A stretch of 64,000 nt of DNA from Candidatus Altiarchaeota archaeon (GTDB lineage: Archaea; Altiarchaeota; Altiarchaeia; IMC4; SCGC-AAA252-I15), in the NCBI GenBank assembly GCA_043800255.1, contig JAZDNF010000013.1, positions 1-64,000 of the forward strand. Direction: 5' to 3'. The notes under the pieces were generated by a model, which had not been told where the DNA came from, made no database searches, and saw only the letters and a list, made by a program, of their open reading frames with translations. A program made the position numbers and the translations under genes. Every line of letters starts with the position of its first letter. Within the stretch, counting starts at the first letter, position 1. Below, piece by piece: positions 36,566-46,187 of this stretch.

Positions 36566-37108
36566 ATGCGGCTGAAGTTCGCCATCCTCGCGGTTCTGGT
36601 CCTCCTGAGCGGCTGCCTGGGCAGGGAGCAGGCCACAGTCACAAAATACGTGTGCGCAGACGGCAGCGTCGTCCTAAACCCTAGAGAATGCATAATCGTG
36701 GAGAAACCTGCAACAGTGAAAGTCTACGTCTGCCCTGACGGCAGAACCGAGAACAGTGTCGAAGACTGCCCAACAACTTCTACAGTCACTTCAACGCTAT
36801 GCGAACCCTGCTTGCAGGAGACTTGCGGAAAGGAAGTTCAGGATAGTATCAGCTCCACATCAACAACGTCGGTTAAACCTTCAACAACATTGGAAACGTC
36901 CACAATCGAGGAGGTCTCCGAGGCAGAAAACGCCTGCATCAGCTTAGGCTGTGATGCGGATACGGCATACGTCGGCAGCAAGAATTCGGACAAGTATCAT
37001 CCGTGCGACTGCCGTTACGCCAAGAGGATAAACCTGGAGAACATAGTCTGCTTCAGCTCTGCAGATGATGCCGCAGAGAGGGGTTACACGCCAAGCACCG
37101 GCTGCTAA
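36566..37108 (+). CDS. Lipoprotein with YVCxDG repeats and C-terminal Ada-metal-binding-like domain
   Basis: LLSGC lipobox; YVCADG and YVCPDG; YVGSKNSDKYH..DC..AKRI..EN...F.S...A..RGY.P. Confidence 0.75.
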   Translation: MRLKFAILAVLVLLSGCLGREQATVTKYVCADGSVVLNPRECIIVEKPATVKVYVCPDGRTENSVEDCPTTSTVTSTLCEPCLQETCGKEVQDSISSTSTTSVKPSTTLETSTIEEVSEAENACISLGCDADTAYVGSKNSDKYHPCDCRYAKRINLENIVCFSSADDAAERGYTPSTGC

Positions 37109-37157
37109 GGCTATTTTTAACCAGAAATTAATATGTTAAAAACATTCGAGGTGAACC

Positions 37158-37415
37158 ATGAACCAAGATGAGAAGGAGAGGAGGATTTTTGAACTGCAAC
37201 TTGAAAAGGTCAAGCTACAGCATAAGTTCGCGAAAGACGGCTTTCTGATGATATTCTTCATGCTGTTTGTCGGGGGGCTTTTTGTGTCAACAAAATTATC
37301 GTATCTCCCGATACTGATGGTAGTGCTCATAGGGCTTTTTGTGGCAATACTGGCCCTCGTTGCGATACCAAGAGTGCTGTCGCACGAGCTTGACAAGCTG
37401 ATGCCGAAGGAGTAG
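37158..37415 (+). CDS. Small 2-TM membrane protein
   Basis: SD-like GAGGTGA upstream; two hydrophobic helices. Confidence 0.7.
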   Translation: MNQDEKERRIFELQLEKVKLQHKFAKDGFLMIFFMLFVGGLFVSTKLSYLPILMVVLIGLFVAILALVAIPRVLSHELDKLMPKE

Positions 37416-37441
37416 GGAGTCAAAAACTCCTCTCCTGTTTT

Positions 37442-38845
37442 CTAACCTCGGAGGGCATTAAGATGCCCTACACTTTTTCTTATGTGACCCTCTGACGCGA
37501 TGTCGCCCCTGTTCCAGAGTCCGCCACCTTTGATTGCGTTGACACCGTTAAGCGACATAGTCCTGGCCTCTTCTATGTCCGCGCCGAAGCCAACGCAGGC
37601 AACAGCTCTCGAGCCTAATGCGTATGCTTTTCCGTCGCGCAATTCCATCGACCCAGGATAGAGCCTGAAATTGCGGCCGTCCCTCACAAGGCCTGCTGCA
37701 GAGGCCAGTTCGACCGGCTTCCCAACCTCGTCCCTGAGAACCCTGCTGGGGTACGTTTTATCGTATCCTCCGTAGGATGGCGGCACCTTGTAGGTGACGA
37801 CCGACGCCTTCTTCTCGAAATCGATTTTCTTCAATTTTCCCTCGATCATGTTATAGCATACGTCAACGAAGTCGTCCTTGATGAGGGGGACGATGTTCAT
37901 TGCCTCAGGGTCTCCCAGTCGCGAGTTTATCTCCAGTATCTTCTGGCCTTCCCTGCCGTGCATGAAAGCCAAATAGAAAGGTATGCCCCTCAGGCCGGGG
38001 TTGGCAGTCTTGCCTCTGACTTTATTGAAAATCTTCTCAGCGTACTTTACCTCAGACTCCCTGTCAGATTTGCTCATGAACGGAAGACGATCCTCGTAGC
38101 TCTTGTAGGAGCCCATGCCGCCGGTGTTCGGCCCCCGGTCGCCGTCAAAAGCCCGCTTATAGTCTCTGACATCTGGTGCCGGCACAAGGTGCTTCCCGTC
38201 GGAAAAGCACTGTAAGCTGGACTCCTCCCCCGCAATCTTCTCCTCGACAAGCACTGTGCCGCCCTCGAAGTTGGACATGAAATGCTCGTAGACTTCCTCT
38301 CTGGTTTTGAAGTGGTCTCCCCAGACTCCGACGCCCTTCCCGTATCCTGGAAGGTCTGGTTTGACAGCCACCTGGTTCTCGAGCTCGTCAAGCCACCCAT
38401 AGAGGTCCTTTTTCACGTCCTCCTTGGAGCCGTAATCTGCCGGCCTGAAAACCTTGAACCTGGGGTTGGCTTCCGGCGCACAGTCTGCCATCATCTCCCT
38501 CTGGAGGACCTTCGACTCCTCGTAGGCGTATTCTTTGGTGGGGCATATGACTGGAATGCCGGTCTCAGCCTCGACCTCGTCTCTTACGCCGTTGACTATG
38601 GGGCCCTCAGGGCCTATGAAACCGAAGTCTATCTTCTCCTTGTACTGGCCTACGAAGTCGGTGATTGAGGGAACGTCCAGCTTCGGGATGACCTTATGTA
38701 CTTCAGCCCTCTCGACGTTGAAGGGGTTCTTCTGCTTGTCAGCTATGTACAGTCTGACGTTGTGGCCGCTCCTCTTGAGGGCGTCCACAATGCAAGCCCC
38801 CCTTGAACCGTAGGTTACGACGAAAACTCCCACTTCAGCCATCAT
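37442..38845 (-). CDS. purD: Phosphoribosylamine-glycine ligase
   Basis: IGPEGP, GKGV, DYKRAFDGDRGPNTGGMGS, EINSRLGDPE. Confidence 0.93.
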   Translation of the reverse strand: MMAEVGVFVVTYGSRGACIVDALKRSGHNVRLYIADKQKNPFNVERAEVHKVIPKLDVPSITDFVGQYKEKIDFGFIGPEGPIVNGVRDEVEAETGIPVICPTKEYAYEESKVLQREMMADCAPEANPRFKVFRPADYGSKEDVKKDLYGWLDELENQVAVKPDLPGYGKGVGVWGDHFKTREEVYEHFMSNFEGGTVLVEEKIAGEESSLQCFSDGKHLVPAPDVRDYKRAFDGDRGPNTGGMGSYKSYEDRLPFMSKSDRESEVKYAEKIFNKVRGKTANPGLRGIPFYLAFMHGREGQKILEINSRLGDPEAMNIVPLIKDDFVDVCYNMIEGKLKKIDFEKKASVVTYKVPPSYGGYDKTYPSRVLRDEVGKPVELASAAGLVRDGRNFRLYPGSMELRDGKAYALGSRAVACVGFGADIEEARTMSLNGVNAIKGGGLWNRGDIASEGHIRKSVGHLNALRG

Positions 38846-38923
38846 ATCACCTCAACCAGAAACATAATCTTGTGTCAGAATAATTTGAAGGAGCACTTAA
38901 AAGTTAACGCACCATAATTAACG

Positions 38924-39970
38924 ATGACCATATTGTCTGACGATATCGGGAGCTTCCCGCCGCCTGCAGGTTTCACGCGTGAGGATGCAAGCCGGCTGGC
39001 CGACAGGATTGTGACCGGCAAGGCTTCAGAGGATGAGAAGGCGAGATTCAACAGGACAGTGGTTGAGCTGATGGACGCGAAAGTCTCAGCCGGCATAGAG
39101 GCTCCGAACTACCCGCAGCTGAGAGACATGATAGAGTCCTTCTACGCGTTGATTGAGAACCACTCCGAACCTGAGGAGCCTTTCGTCATATTGAAGGAGA
39201 ATGCTGTGATGCCTGAAGTCGACGCGGTCGGGGAGTACGCCAGGAGGCATTACGAAGAGGTGGGAGAGCCGCTGAACCTAAGAGTCTGCGTCACAGGGCC
39301 TATCGACCTGTACGTGAGGAAGATAAGCACGCAGGTGGACGGCGACCTGTTGAAAAACCTGGGAAAGAGCGTCGGCCGGTTCCTGGAGAACGCGAGATTG
39401 GATGAGAAGCACGTAAAGACCAGAGTCGTCAGCATAGACGAGCCCTCATTAGGCTTGAACCCTAACATCATAGTAGAGCAGGAAGACCTCATAGAGGCCT
39501 GGAATCTCGCGACAGATGCTGTGAAAGACCTTGACGTTCAAGTGCACCTCCACTCTAGCGCGGAGGCTGAGACGGTCTACCAGACGGACAGCATAAGGAT
39601 TATCGGGGTCGAATCTGCCGAAGACCCGGACAACCTGAAAGGGTTCGAGAAAAAAGACCTTGACAGCTATGACAGGTTTCTAAGAGTCGGAGTGTCAAGG
39701 TCCAACATCACTGGAATGATAGCAGACTACGAGAAGCAGACGGGCGTGAACGCAACTGGCAGGGAGGCACTCTTAAAGCTGGTCGACACTATGGAAGACC
39801 CTATCACCATAAGAGGGCGGCTCGAGAAAGCCTACAACATCTTCGGCGACAGGATAAAGTATGCCGGCCCGGACTGCGGCCTGGGACTGTGGCCTGACAT
39901 CAATGCGGCGGCAAGGCTGCTGGAGAACACCGCCAAATCCATAGCAGAGTTTAATAAGAACGGAGGATAA
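38924..39970 (+). CDS. Core (single-barrel) cobalamin-independent-type methionine synthase
   Basis: DDIGSFP, YPQLRDM, TGP, IDEPSL, VHLH, GPDCGL; lacks the N-terminal MetE barrel. Confidence 0.8.
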   Translation: MTILSDDIGSFPPPAGFTREDASRLADRIVTGKASEDEKARFNRTVVELMDAKVSAGIEAPNYPQLRDMIESFYALIENHSEPEEPFVILKENAVMPEVDAVGEYARRHYEEVGEPLNLRVCVTGPIDLYVRKISTQVDGDLLKNLGKSVGRFLENARLDEKHVKTRVVSIDEPSLGLNPNIIVEQEDLIEAWNLATDAVKDLDVQVHLHSSAEAETVYQTDSIRIIGVESAEDPDNLKGFEKKDLDSYDRFLRVGVSRSNITGMIADYEKQTGVNATGREALLKLVDTMEDPITIRGRLEKAYNIFGDRIKYAGPDCGLGLWPDINAAARLLENTAKSIAEFNKNGG

Positions 39971-39980
39971 ATCCTTTAAG

Positions 39981-40565
39981 ATGAGAGAGGCAAAAGCCAG
40001 GAGGAAGACTAAGGAGACCGACGTCGAAATCCAGCTCAACATAGACGGGACCGGCAAATCCGAAGTGAAAGTCCCGCTTAAGTTTCTCTCGCACATGCTC
40101 GACTCCTTCTCAAAGCACTCAGGCTTCGACCTCAAGATTAAGGCCAAAGGCGACCTCGAGATTGACGACCACCATCTCGTTGAGGACGTCGGGATAACGC
40201 TGGGGGAGGCGCTGAACAAGGCGCTGGGAGATAAGAAAGGCATAACCCGGATGGCCTACTCCATCGTTCCGATGGAGGACTCAAAAGCTGAGGTGTCAGT
40301 CGACCTGAGCGGCAGGCCGTACGCCAAAATCGAGCTACCGTTCTCGGAGTTCCAGGACAGAAGAGTTGGAGACACTAGCAAGGAGAACATCGTCCACTTC
40401 TTGGAATCCTTCGCATTGAACGGAAAATTCAACCTGAACATAAAAGTCGAAGGCAGAAACGACCATCACAAGGTGGAATCCTGCTTCAAGGCGCTTGCCA
40501 ATGCATTGAAAGAGGCTGTAAAGATTACTGGGAAAGGCATACCCTCAACAAAGGGCGTTATCTGA
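39981..40565 (+). CDS. hisB: Imidazoleglycerol-phosphate dehydratase
   Basis: RKTKET, DDHHLVED, NDHHKVE, PSTKG. Confidence 0.96.
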   Translation: MREAKARRKTKETDVEIQLNIDGTGKSEVKVPLKFLSHMLDSFSKHSGFDLKIKAKGDLEIDDHHLVEDVGITLGEALNKALGDKKGITRMAYSIVPMEDSKAEVSVDLSGRPYAKIELPFSEFQDRRVGDTSKENIVHFLESFALNGKFNLNIKVEGRNDHHKVESCFKALANALKEAVKITGKGIPSTKGVI

Positions 40566-41088
40566 GCAACTCGGCAGTCGGTTTCATGCCGTTTATTCTG
40601 GCAAACGTTGACATGACCTTCACCAGACTGTCGATTTTGCCGTAATCAACAACTGCCTCATCAATGCCTGATCTCTCACAGCTCATGAGCAGGTTGGTCA
40701 CTGCCAGCTGGTGGGTGCTGTTTTCGCCTGACGTCATCTCAAAAGCAGGGTATTCGCCGTGCAGGTTAGCCTCCCCAGCCGCCATAATCTGACGCAGACG
40801 CTCATCAGCCCATCGGGTCCTTAGAGTTGAGGCACAATGCTCGATATTCCGGAGGTGGGCTTTCGCTTTCTTGGGCCCGAAAAGTTCGACAAATGCCTTG
40901 CTTTCGCCAGGAGAGAACATGCCCTTAGCCTCAAGGACGGCGCCCATCGTGTCAAAAACAGAGGTTTTTCTTGCTGGCTTAAGGTCAGGCAGTTCGGTGA
41001 ACATGACCTTAGGTTCAACCGCCTGATGCTCGCCCTTGGATCTGCTTGCGGGTTTAATGCCGCTCACGATTAATATTGGCCAATACAA
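40558..41088 (-). CDS. Hypothetical protein
   Basis: Only long ORF filling the gap between hisB and rbcL; start uncertain; no recognised motif. Confidence 0.45.
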   Translation of the reverse strand: MYWPILIVSGIKPASRSKGEHQAVEPKVMFTELPDLKPARKTSVFDTMGAVLEAKGMFSPGESKAFVELFGPKKAKAHLRNIEHCASTLRTRWADERLRQIMAAGEANLHGEYPAFEMTSGENSTHQLAVTNLLMSCERSGIDEAVVDYGKIDSLVKVMSTFARINGMKPTAELLR

Positions 41089-41103
41089 TTAATTAACCTT
41101 AGA

Positions 41104-42372
41104 ATGGCTTATGAGGGTTTCGTTGACAGGAACTATGAGCCGGCAGAGGACGACATCATAGTATTGTTCTACGTTGAGCCTCCGGAAGGCAGAACCGTGG
41201 AGTGGAGCGCGGTCAGGATTGCCGGAGAGAGCAGCGTCGGCACGTGGACTGACGTCTCCACTGAGACGCCGAGAATTAAGAACGAGCTCGGCCCTAGGAT
41301 ATACGACGTTGACGAAAAAAACGGTCTGGCGAGGATAGCCTACCCCGCAGGACTGTTCGAGTACTCCAACATCCCCCAGATCATGTCAAGCGTAGCAGGC
41401 AACATCTACGGGATGAAGGAGATAAAGAATCTAAGACTGTTAGACCTCAGGATTCCGAAGAGGATGATAGAGGAACATAAGGGGCCGGCGTATGGCATCG
41501 AGGGAGTGAGGAAGGTCTTAGACGTCAAAGAGCGCCCCCTCGTCGGCACCATAGTCAAACCAAAGCTCGGTCTGAATACTGAAGAGCATGCGAAGGTGGC
41601 ATACGATGCATGGGTTGGGGGGTGCGACATCGTCAAAGACGACGAGAACCTCACGAGCCAGGACTTCAACCCGTTTGAGGAGAGGATCGTCAAGACGCTG
41701 GAGATGAGGGACAAGGCTGAGAAGGAAACCGGCGAGAGGAAGGTTTACATGCCGAACATCACCGCAGAAACCGATGAGATGATAAGGAGGGCGGAATACG
41801 TGAAAGAGCATGGCGGAGAGTACGTGATGGTTGACGTCATAACTGTGGGCTTCTCAGGCCTGCAAAGCCTTAGAAAGAACAGCCATGACCTGGTCCTCCA
41901 CGCACACAGGGCAATGCATGCCGCATTGACGAGGAACAAAAAGCACGGCATAACCATGCTCGCGCTGGCGAAACTCTACAGGCTCATCGGAATGGATCAA
42001 TTACATATTGGAACAGCAGTCGGGAAGATGGAAGGAGCAGCAAAGGAGGTTGTCAAGATCAAGGAGGAGATAACCGAGAAAACGGTTGACGAAAGCGAGT
42101 TCTCCCTGGAACAGGACTGGTTTAGCATAAAGCCGACCTTCCCGGTCTGCTCCGGAGGCCTGCACCCGGGACACGTTCCAGAGCTTATAAGATTGTTCGG
42201 CAAGGACATCATAATACAGGCCGGCGGCGGAGTCCACGGCCACCCTGACGGCACAATAGCGGGGGCGAAGGCGATGAGACAGGCAGTGGACGCTGCGATG
42301 TCGGGCATAACACTGGAGGAGCACTCCAAAAGGAACAGGGAACTCGCAGCTGCCTTGAAAAAATTCAGATAA
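41104..42372 (+). CDS. rbcL: Form III RuBisCO large subunit
   Basis: AGESSVGTWT, GTIVKPKLGL, KDDENL, HAHRAMH, GKMEG, SGGLHPG, QAGGGVHGHP. Confidence 0.95.
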   Translation: MAYEGFVDRNYEPAEDDIIVLFYVEPPEGRTVEWSAVRIAGESSVGTWTDVSTETPRIKNELGPRIYDVDEKNGLARIAYPAGLFEYSNIPQIMSSVAGNIYGMKEIKNLRLLDLRIPKRMIEEHKGPAYGIEGVRKVLDVKERPLVGTIVKPKLGLNTEEHAKVAYDAWVGGCDIVKDDENLTSQDFNPFEERIVKTLEMRDKAEKETGERKVYMPNITAETDEMIRRAEYVKEHGGEYVMVDVITVGFSGLQSLRKNSHDLVLHAHRAMHAALTRNKKHGITMLALAKLYRLIGMDQLHIGTAVGKMEGAAKEVVKIKEEITEKTVDESEFSLEQDWFSIKPTFPVCSGGLHPGHVPELIRLFGKDIIIQAGGGVHGHPDGTIAGAKAMRQAVDAAMSGITLEEHSKRNRELAAALKKFR

Positions 42373-42373
42373 C

Positions 42374-42517
42374 ATGGCTGAGGACGTTGGAACGCGGATC
42401 GTGAAGGAAGTCGTCCAGATCGGCATACTCCTGTTCATAATACGGTGGCTTTACGGCGTTCTGAGGGTCGAGCTCCTCGTATTAAAAGGGAGAAAACAAA
42501 GGGGTAAGAAGAAATGA
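42374..42517 (+). CDS. 47-aa single-TM peptide (below the ORF-track cutoff)
   Basis: MAEDVGTRIVKEVVQIGILLFIIRWLYGVLRVELLVLKGRKQRGKKK*; 1 nt after the rbcL stop, ATGA overlap with the next ORF. Confidence 0.6.
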   Translation: MAEDVGTRIVKEVVQIGILLFIIRWLYGVLRVELLVLKGRKQRGKKK

Positions 42518-42711
42518 ATTGCGGATTATGCGGCAGGCCTGTGTACGACAACCAGCCCATATGCGAAGGATGCAGAAAGTCCAGGAACACGAAAGGCAAG
42601 AGAGTCCAGAAGAAGTTCGACAGGGAGGAGAAGATAAAGAAGGCCTGGGGTTTCTCGCAGAAAGAGGAGGACGAGGAGGAAGAGGACGCGCAGGCCGCGT
42701 GGGTTGACTAG
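42514..42711 (+). CDS. Small Zn-finger protein
   Basis: CGLC-x9-CEGC followed by a basic then acidic tail. Confidence 0.65.
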   Translation: MNCGLCGRPVYDNQPICEGCRKSRNTKGKRVQKKFDREEKIKKAWGFSQKEEDEEEEDAQAAWVD

Positions 42712-43676
42712 CGCCTTCTCCGGGAATGCTGCCGGTAATACTGAAGTGGATGTTTCACGTTGCAGGTTTGCTTGCAGAAGCCGTAGGATTTTATCTTAGG
42801 ACAGCTGGGGCACGAGTATTTCGTACCTCCGACGGAGCCCATGAGGAAATCCAGCTGATAGCCTGCCACAGTCTCGTTGTACTTCGGAGACCTCTCGAAT
42901 ATCTTGAGTATGGCCTCTTTAGTTAGGCCGAGCCCGGCGAAAAAGGTCCCGAGTATGAACATGCCGTTGTGGTTCAGGTTCCCCGACTCCAGGAACGAGA
43001 TGAGCTCCTTTATGCAAGGCGGAATCGCAGTATCATCCAACTGCTCTATCTTCATGCTCTTCTGTGGCGTGAATGTCACATCCTTGACTTTTGCCGCCTG
43101 TTTTTTCAGCATGTCCGGGACTGAAGCGAGTGGAACCGGCTCCTCCACAGCAGAGCGGATCTGCTCCCGCAGGAGTGCCAGTACCTCAGAGTCAGACAGG
43201 TTGGTATTCCCCCTGTCGACGACCCTGTTAACCAGCCTCCATCTTGGGTCGAACCTGGCCAGATGGGATGACAGTCTCACATAGTCAAGAACCTTGATTC
43301 TGCTGCCCTCAACCGGGAATGCCAGATCCCGCTTGATCGTCTCGACCAAATGCTTATCCTCAGACTTCAGCAGCTCGTAGGCTGAGTTCGCCTCGCCCTG
43401 GGCGTACCTTCTGATTACGTTCTGGTTCTTCGTCAGGTTGGCGAGTATTCTGGCAATCGGATAGCTTAGTATCGTAAGCTCCATGCCAACCCTGTCCTCC
43501 AGGTTGGGGCTCACCCGGTTGTTTAGGGAATTCAGAAGCCTCTGCCTTCCAAGCTCGAACGACGACGAGTAGACCGGATGCTTCAGGATGTCATCAAGCG
43601 ACAGGTTCAGCGATTTGACGAAATCCTTTGCCTCGCTGAGAAATGGATACTTGGCGAGAATTTCAAGATTGGACAT
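42708..43676 (-). CDS. priL: DNA primase large subunit
   Basis: KYPFL..A, WRLVNR, PPCI, YQL, YSCPSC..K..G.C...C..KHPL.YY (Fe-S Cys). Confidence 0.93.
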   Translation of the reverse strand: MSNLEILAKYPFLSEAKDFVKSLNLSLDDILKHPVYSSSFELGRQRLLNSLNNRVSPNLEDRVGMELTILSYPIARILANLTKNQNVIRRYAQGEANSAYELLKSEDKHLVETIKRDLAFPVEGSRIKVLDYVRLSSHLARFDPRWRLVNRVVDRGNTNLSDSEVLALLREQIRSAVEEPVPLASVPDMLKKQAAKVKDVTFTPQKSMKIEQLDDTAIPPCIKELISFLESGNLNHNGMFILGTFFAGLGLTKEAILKIFERSPKYNETVAGYQLDFLMGSVGGTKYSCPSCPKIKSYGFCKQTCNVKHPLQYYRQHSRRRR

Positions 43677-43712
43677 GATGGTTTAAATTAGGGCATACAA
43701 TAAGAGCCTGAA

Positions 43713-44471
43713 CTAGAGTTCCAGCACCTCGAATCCAGAGCCCCTCACGAACTTTATCGGGTGTATGTTCTCGCTGTGGTCCGTGCCCCTCATCTTTTTG
43801 ATGGTGAGGCTCCTGCCCGCGGCCTCGCCGGACATCGTATAGTGCAGCTGTATTACCCCGTCAACGACGTAGCTTTCTATCCCCATCGTCATCGACTCAC
43901 GGTAGGGGGAGAGCTCGCTTATCATTATGGTCGTCAGGCCGGCGGCCTTGAGCTTGAAGTTCACGTAAAGGAGCATCCTCCTCACCTGGGTGGCATTCTC
44001 CATCATCAGGTCCAGCGCGGGGAGGCTGTCTATCACAACCCTCTTGGCGTTAACCTTCTTTGCGGTCTCTACGATGATGTCAAATATCTTCGAAGGCTGG
44101 GTTTCGCCTGGCAACACCTGGAAGCTGCCATCCTTCTTCTTTGCCATAAAATCGCCCAACTCTATTTTGGAGAGGCTGGCGTCTATTACAACAATCTTCT
44201 TCTCCCTCTCGAGGGAGTCCATGTCCAGGTTGAACGCCTTGATGTCTTTTTTTATCTCAGACGGGCTCTGCTCCAATGCCAGCAGTATTCCGTTTTCATT
44301 GTACTCTGATGCGCCCCTGCACAGGAACTCCACCCCGAATAGTGTCTTGCCTGTGCCCGTCTCCCCAGCGACCAGTATGGTCCTGCCCCTAGGGAGGCCG
44401 CCCTCGACAAGCTTGTCAAAGCCTTTTATTCCAGTCGGAACCCTCTCATAAATTTCGCTTTCAGAGTCCAT
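43713..44471 (-). CDS. KaiC/RAD55-like ATPase, paralog 2
   Basis: TGIKGFDKLVEGGLPRG, GETGTGKT, VIDS, KKMRGTDHS; ATG overlaps the upstream stop (TGATG). Confidence 0.9.
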   Translation of the reverse strand: MDSESEIYERVPTGIKGFDKLVEGGLPRGRTILVAGETGTGKTLFGVEFLCRGASEYNENGILLALEQSPSEIKKDIKAFNLDMDSLEREKKIVVIDASLSKIELGDFMAKKKDGSFQVLPGETQPSKIFDIIVETAKKVNAKRVVIDSLPALDLMMENATQVRRMLLYVNFKLKAAGLTTIMISELSPYRESMTMGIESYVVDGVIQLHYTMSGEAAGRSLTIKKMRGTDHSENIHPIKFVRGSGFEVLEL

Positions 44472-46135
44472 CAACGCTCCCTCAACCGTTTTACTATGAA
44501 TACTATCGCAATAAGTAATAGGATGGGGATTACATAGTCTTTTATTACTGACCTGTCGATCCTCTCCTTAAGGTCTGAGTCTGTCTTGTTCTCTACGACA
44601 GTTATGTTCGTGTGAGCCGGCTTGTAGCCTGCACGCACCGCGCTCACCTGCCACACGCCAAGGAGGTCCGCCTTCACGACGGTCTTTACGTCAACGTTCG
44701 ACCGCATCTGCAGCTCGCTGCCGGAAGGCATCAGGATTTTCAGTATGGACGCTACCTTATTGCCTCCCTTGTCCGTGACGTCGATGTCCAAGTCCTGCCC
44801 GAGAAATATCTCCCTCGGCACGTTGACTATCAGTTTGGGCGTTACGATGTGCGTCGGGCATAGGTCGCACGGCCCTCCGCAGTCTATCCCAAGCTCGTTC
44901 TTGTCCTGATAGCCGTTGAAACAGTAACATGGCCTGCAGTCTCCGCCGCAGTCCACTTCCGCCTCGTTGCCGTTTTTGATTCCATCCTGGCACGTGCCAG
45001 GGACCTCGCACTGCAGTATGCTGAAGTACTTTTCAATGGACGGGTACTCGTCCCTTCTGGCGCTTACGATGTAAGTCCCGCCCTGGTAGAGCATTGTATT
45101 TGCCATGCCGCTCTCGTTGGTCTTCAGGTCTGTTATCGCATCGCCGCGATAGTAGAGCCTCAGCATGACGTCCTTCAGGACTTTCCCGGTTTCAGAGTCT
45201 CTGACGAGTATCTTCACAGGCTCGCTTAGGCAGGTCTTCTCTACGCTAGCGTCCAAATCCCCTATTATGGGAGGCAGCACCTTTACTGATACGAAGCTCG
45301 TCTCGCTGATTGAGCTGTTGGTGTATATCTTGAGGGTTGTATTGTAGGTCTCGTTTCTTGCGTCCTCCGGGATCCTGATGACCAGTTCAGCGTTCTCGTG
45401 GCTGTAGGGGTCTAACGCCTTTGAGGGGGGAATCACGCTGAGGACTGTCGAAGAGATGTTGTGTTCGTTTGATATCAAGTCTGTTTTTGTTATGGCATTG
45501 ACCATCACAGGCTCGCCTGCCGCCGACTGTATGTTGATCTGGAAGCTCCGTTCCAGGCCTGCTGGAACCTCCGCAGTTATTGATTGCACGGTGATGCACG
45601 CCGGACAGAACTGTCCTCCGCAGTCTACGAGCGTCTCGCCTGAGTCAAGCACGCCGTTGGTGCAGGTGTTTGAGTAGACTGTGAATTCCGCCGAGTCGGA
45701 GCGCAGGACGCCCCGGACGTCCTTGACATTCACCCTGCATTTCCATTTTCCAGGCGATGCGGCCGGGTATATGCTGAATCCGTAGAATATCTTCCGCGAC
45801 GTCACGTTCAGAGGCCGCACGAGGCCTGTGTCGGCTGAATAGTGAGTGCTGACGTGGTCAGCGCTGTCTTCCTCCGCTTTCTCGGCGTTCCATGCCACTG
45901 CGTTGATTTCCTCTATGTCGTCAAAGCCGTTCAGGTCTGTTACCGTGACATTGCACCACTCGGTCACAGTATTGTCGCCTTTCCCGTCCGATTTCAGGAT
46001 TACGTATTGTGTTACGTCAAGGCCTTCGATAACTGGCGGCACATTCCTTATGTCGACGCCAACTGTGACGTCTGCGCTGGAGAATGAAGCTAGGAGGAGG
46101 ACTGAGAATAGCAGGAGGTATCGGCTTTTTTGCAT
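44471..46135 (-). CDS. Surface protein with Ig-like domains, three DCGG Cys-rich repeats and a C-terminal TM anchor
   Basis: Signal peptide; Cx(N/D)GxxxxxExxxDCGGxCxxC three times; terminal hydrophobic helix. Confidence 0.8.
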   Translation of the reverse strand: MQKSRYLLLFSVLLLASFSSADVTVGVDIRNVPPVIEGLDVTQYVILKSDGKGDNTVTEWCNVTVTDLNGFDDIEEINAVAWNAEKAEEDSADHVSTHYSADTGLVRPLNVTSRKIFYGFSIYPAASPGKWKCRVNVKDVRGVLRSDSAEFTVYSNTCTNGVLDSGETLVDCGGQFCPACITVQSITAEVPAGLERSFQINIQSAAGEPVMVNAITKTDLISNEHNISSTVLSVIPPSKALDPYSHENAELVIRIPEDARNETYNTTLKIYTNSSISETSFVSVKVLPPIIGDLDASVEKTCLSEPVKILVRDSETGKVLKDVMLRLYYRGDAITDLKTNESGMANTMLYQGGTYIVSARRDEYPSIEKYFSILQCEVPGTCQDGIKNGNEAEVDCGGDCRPCYCFNGYQDKNELGIDCGGPCDLCPTHIVTPKLIVNVPREIFLGQDLDIDVTDKGGNKVASILKILMPSGSELQMRSNVDVKTVVKADLLGVWQVSAVRAGYKPAHTNITVVENKTDSDLKERIDRSVIKDYVIPILLLIAIVFIVKRLRER

Positions 46136-46187
46136 CTTGGTTATATATCAGATGGCTATTTTAATATGTATTATTAATCTCTTAGGC

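Noticed and set aside
37114-37142. 8-bp inverted repeat TTTTTAAC/GTTAAAAA upstream of a small membrane gene
   Set aside because: Short, AT-only arms and a single occurrence; not distinguishable from chance in promoter DNA
41104-42372. Calvin-cycle carbon fixation
   Set aside because: Form III RuBisCO is common in archaeal nucleoside salvage; no small subunit or phosphoribulokinase in view
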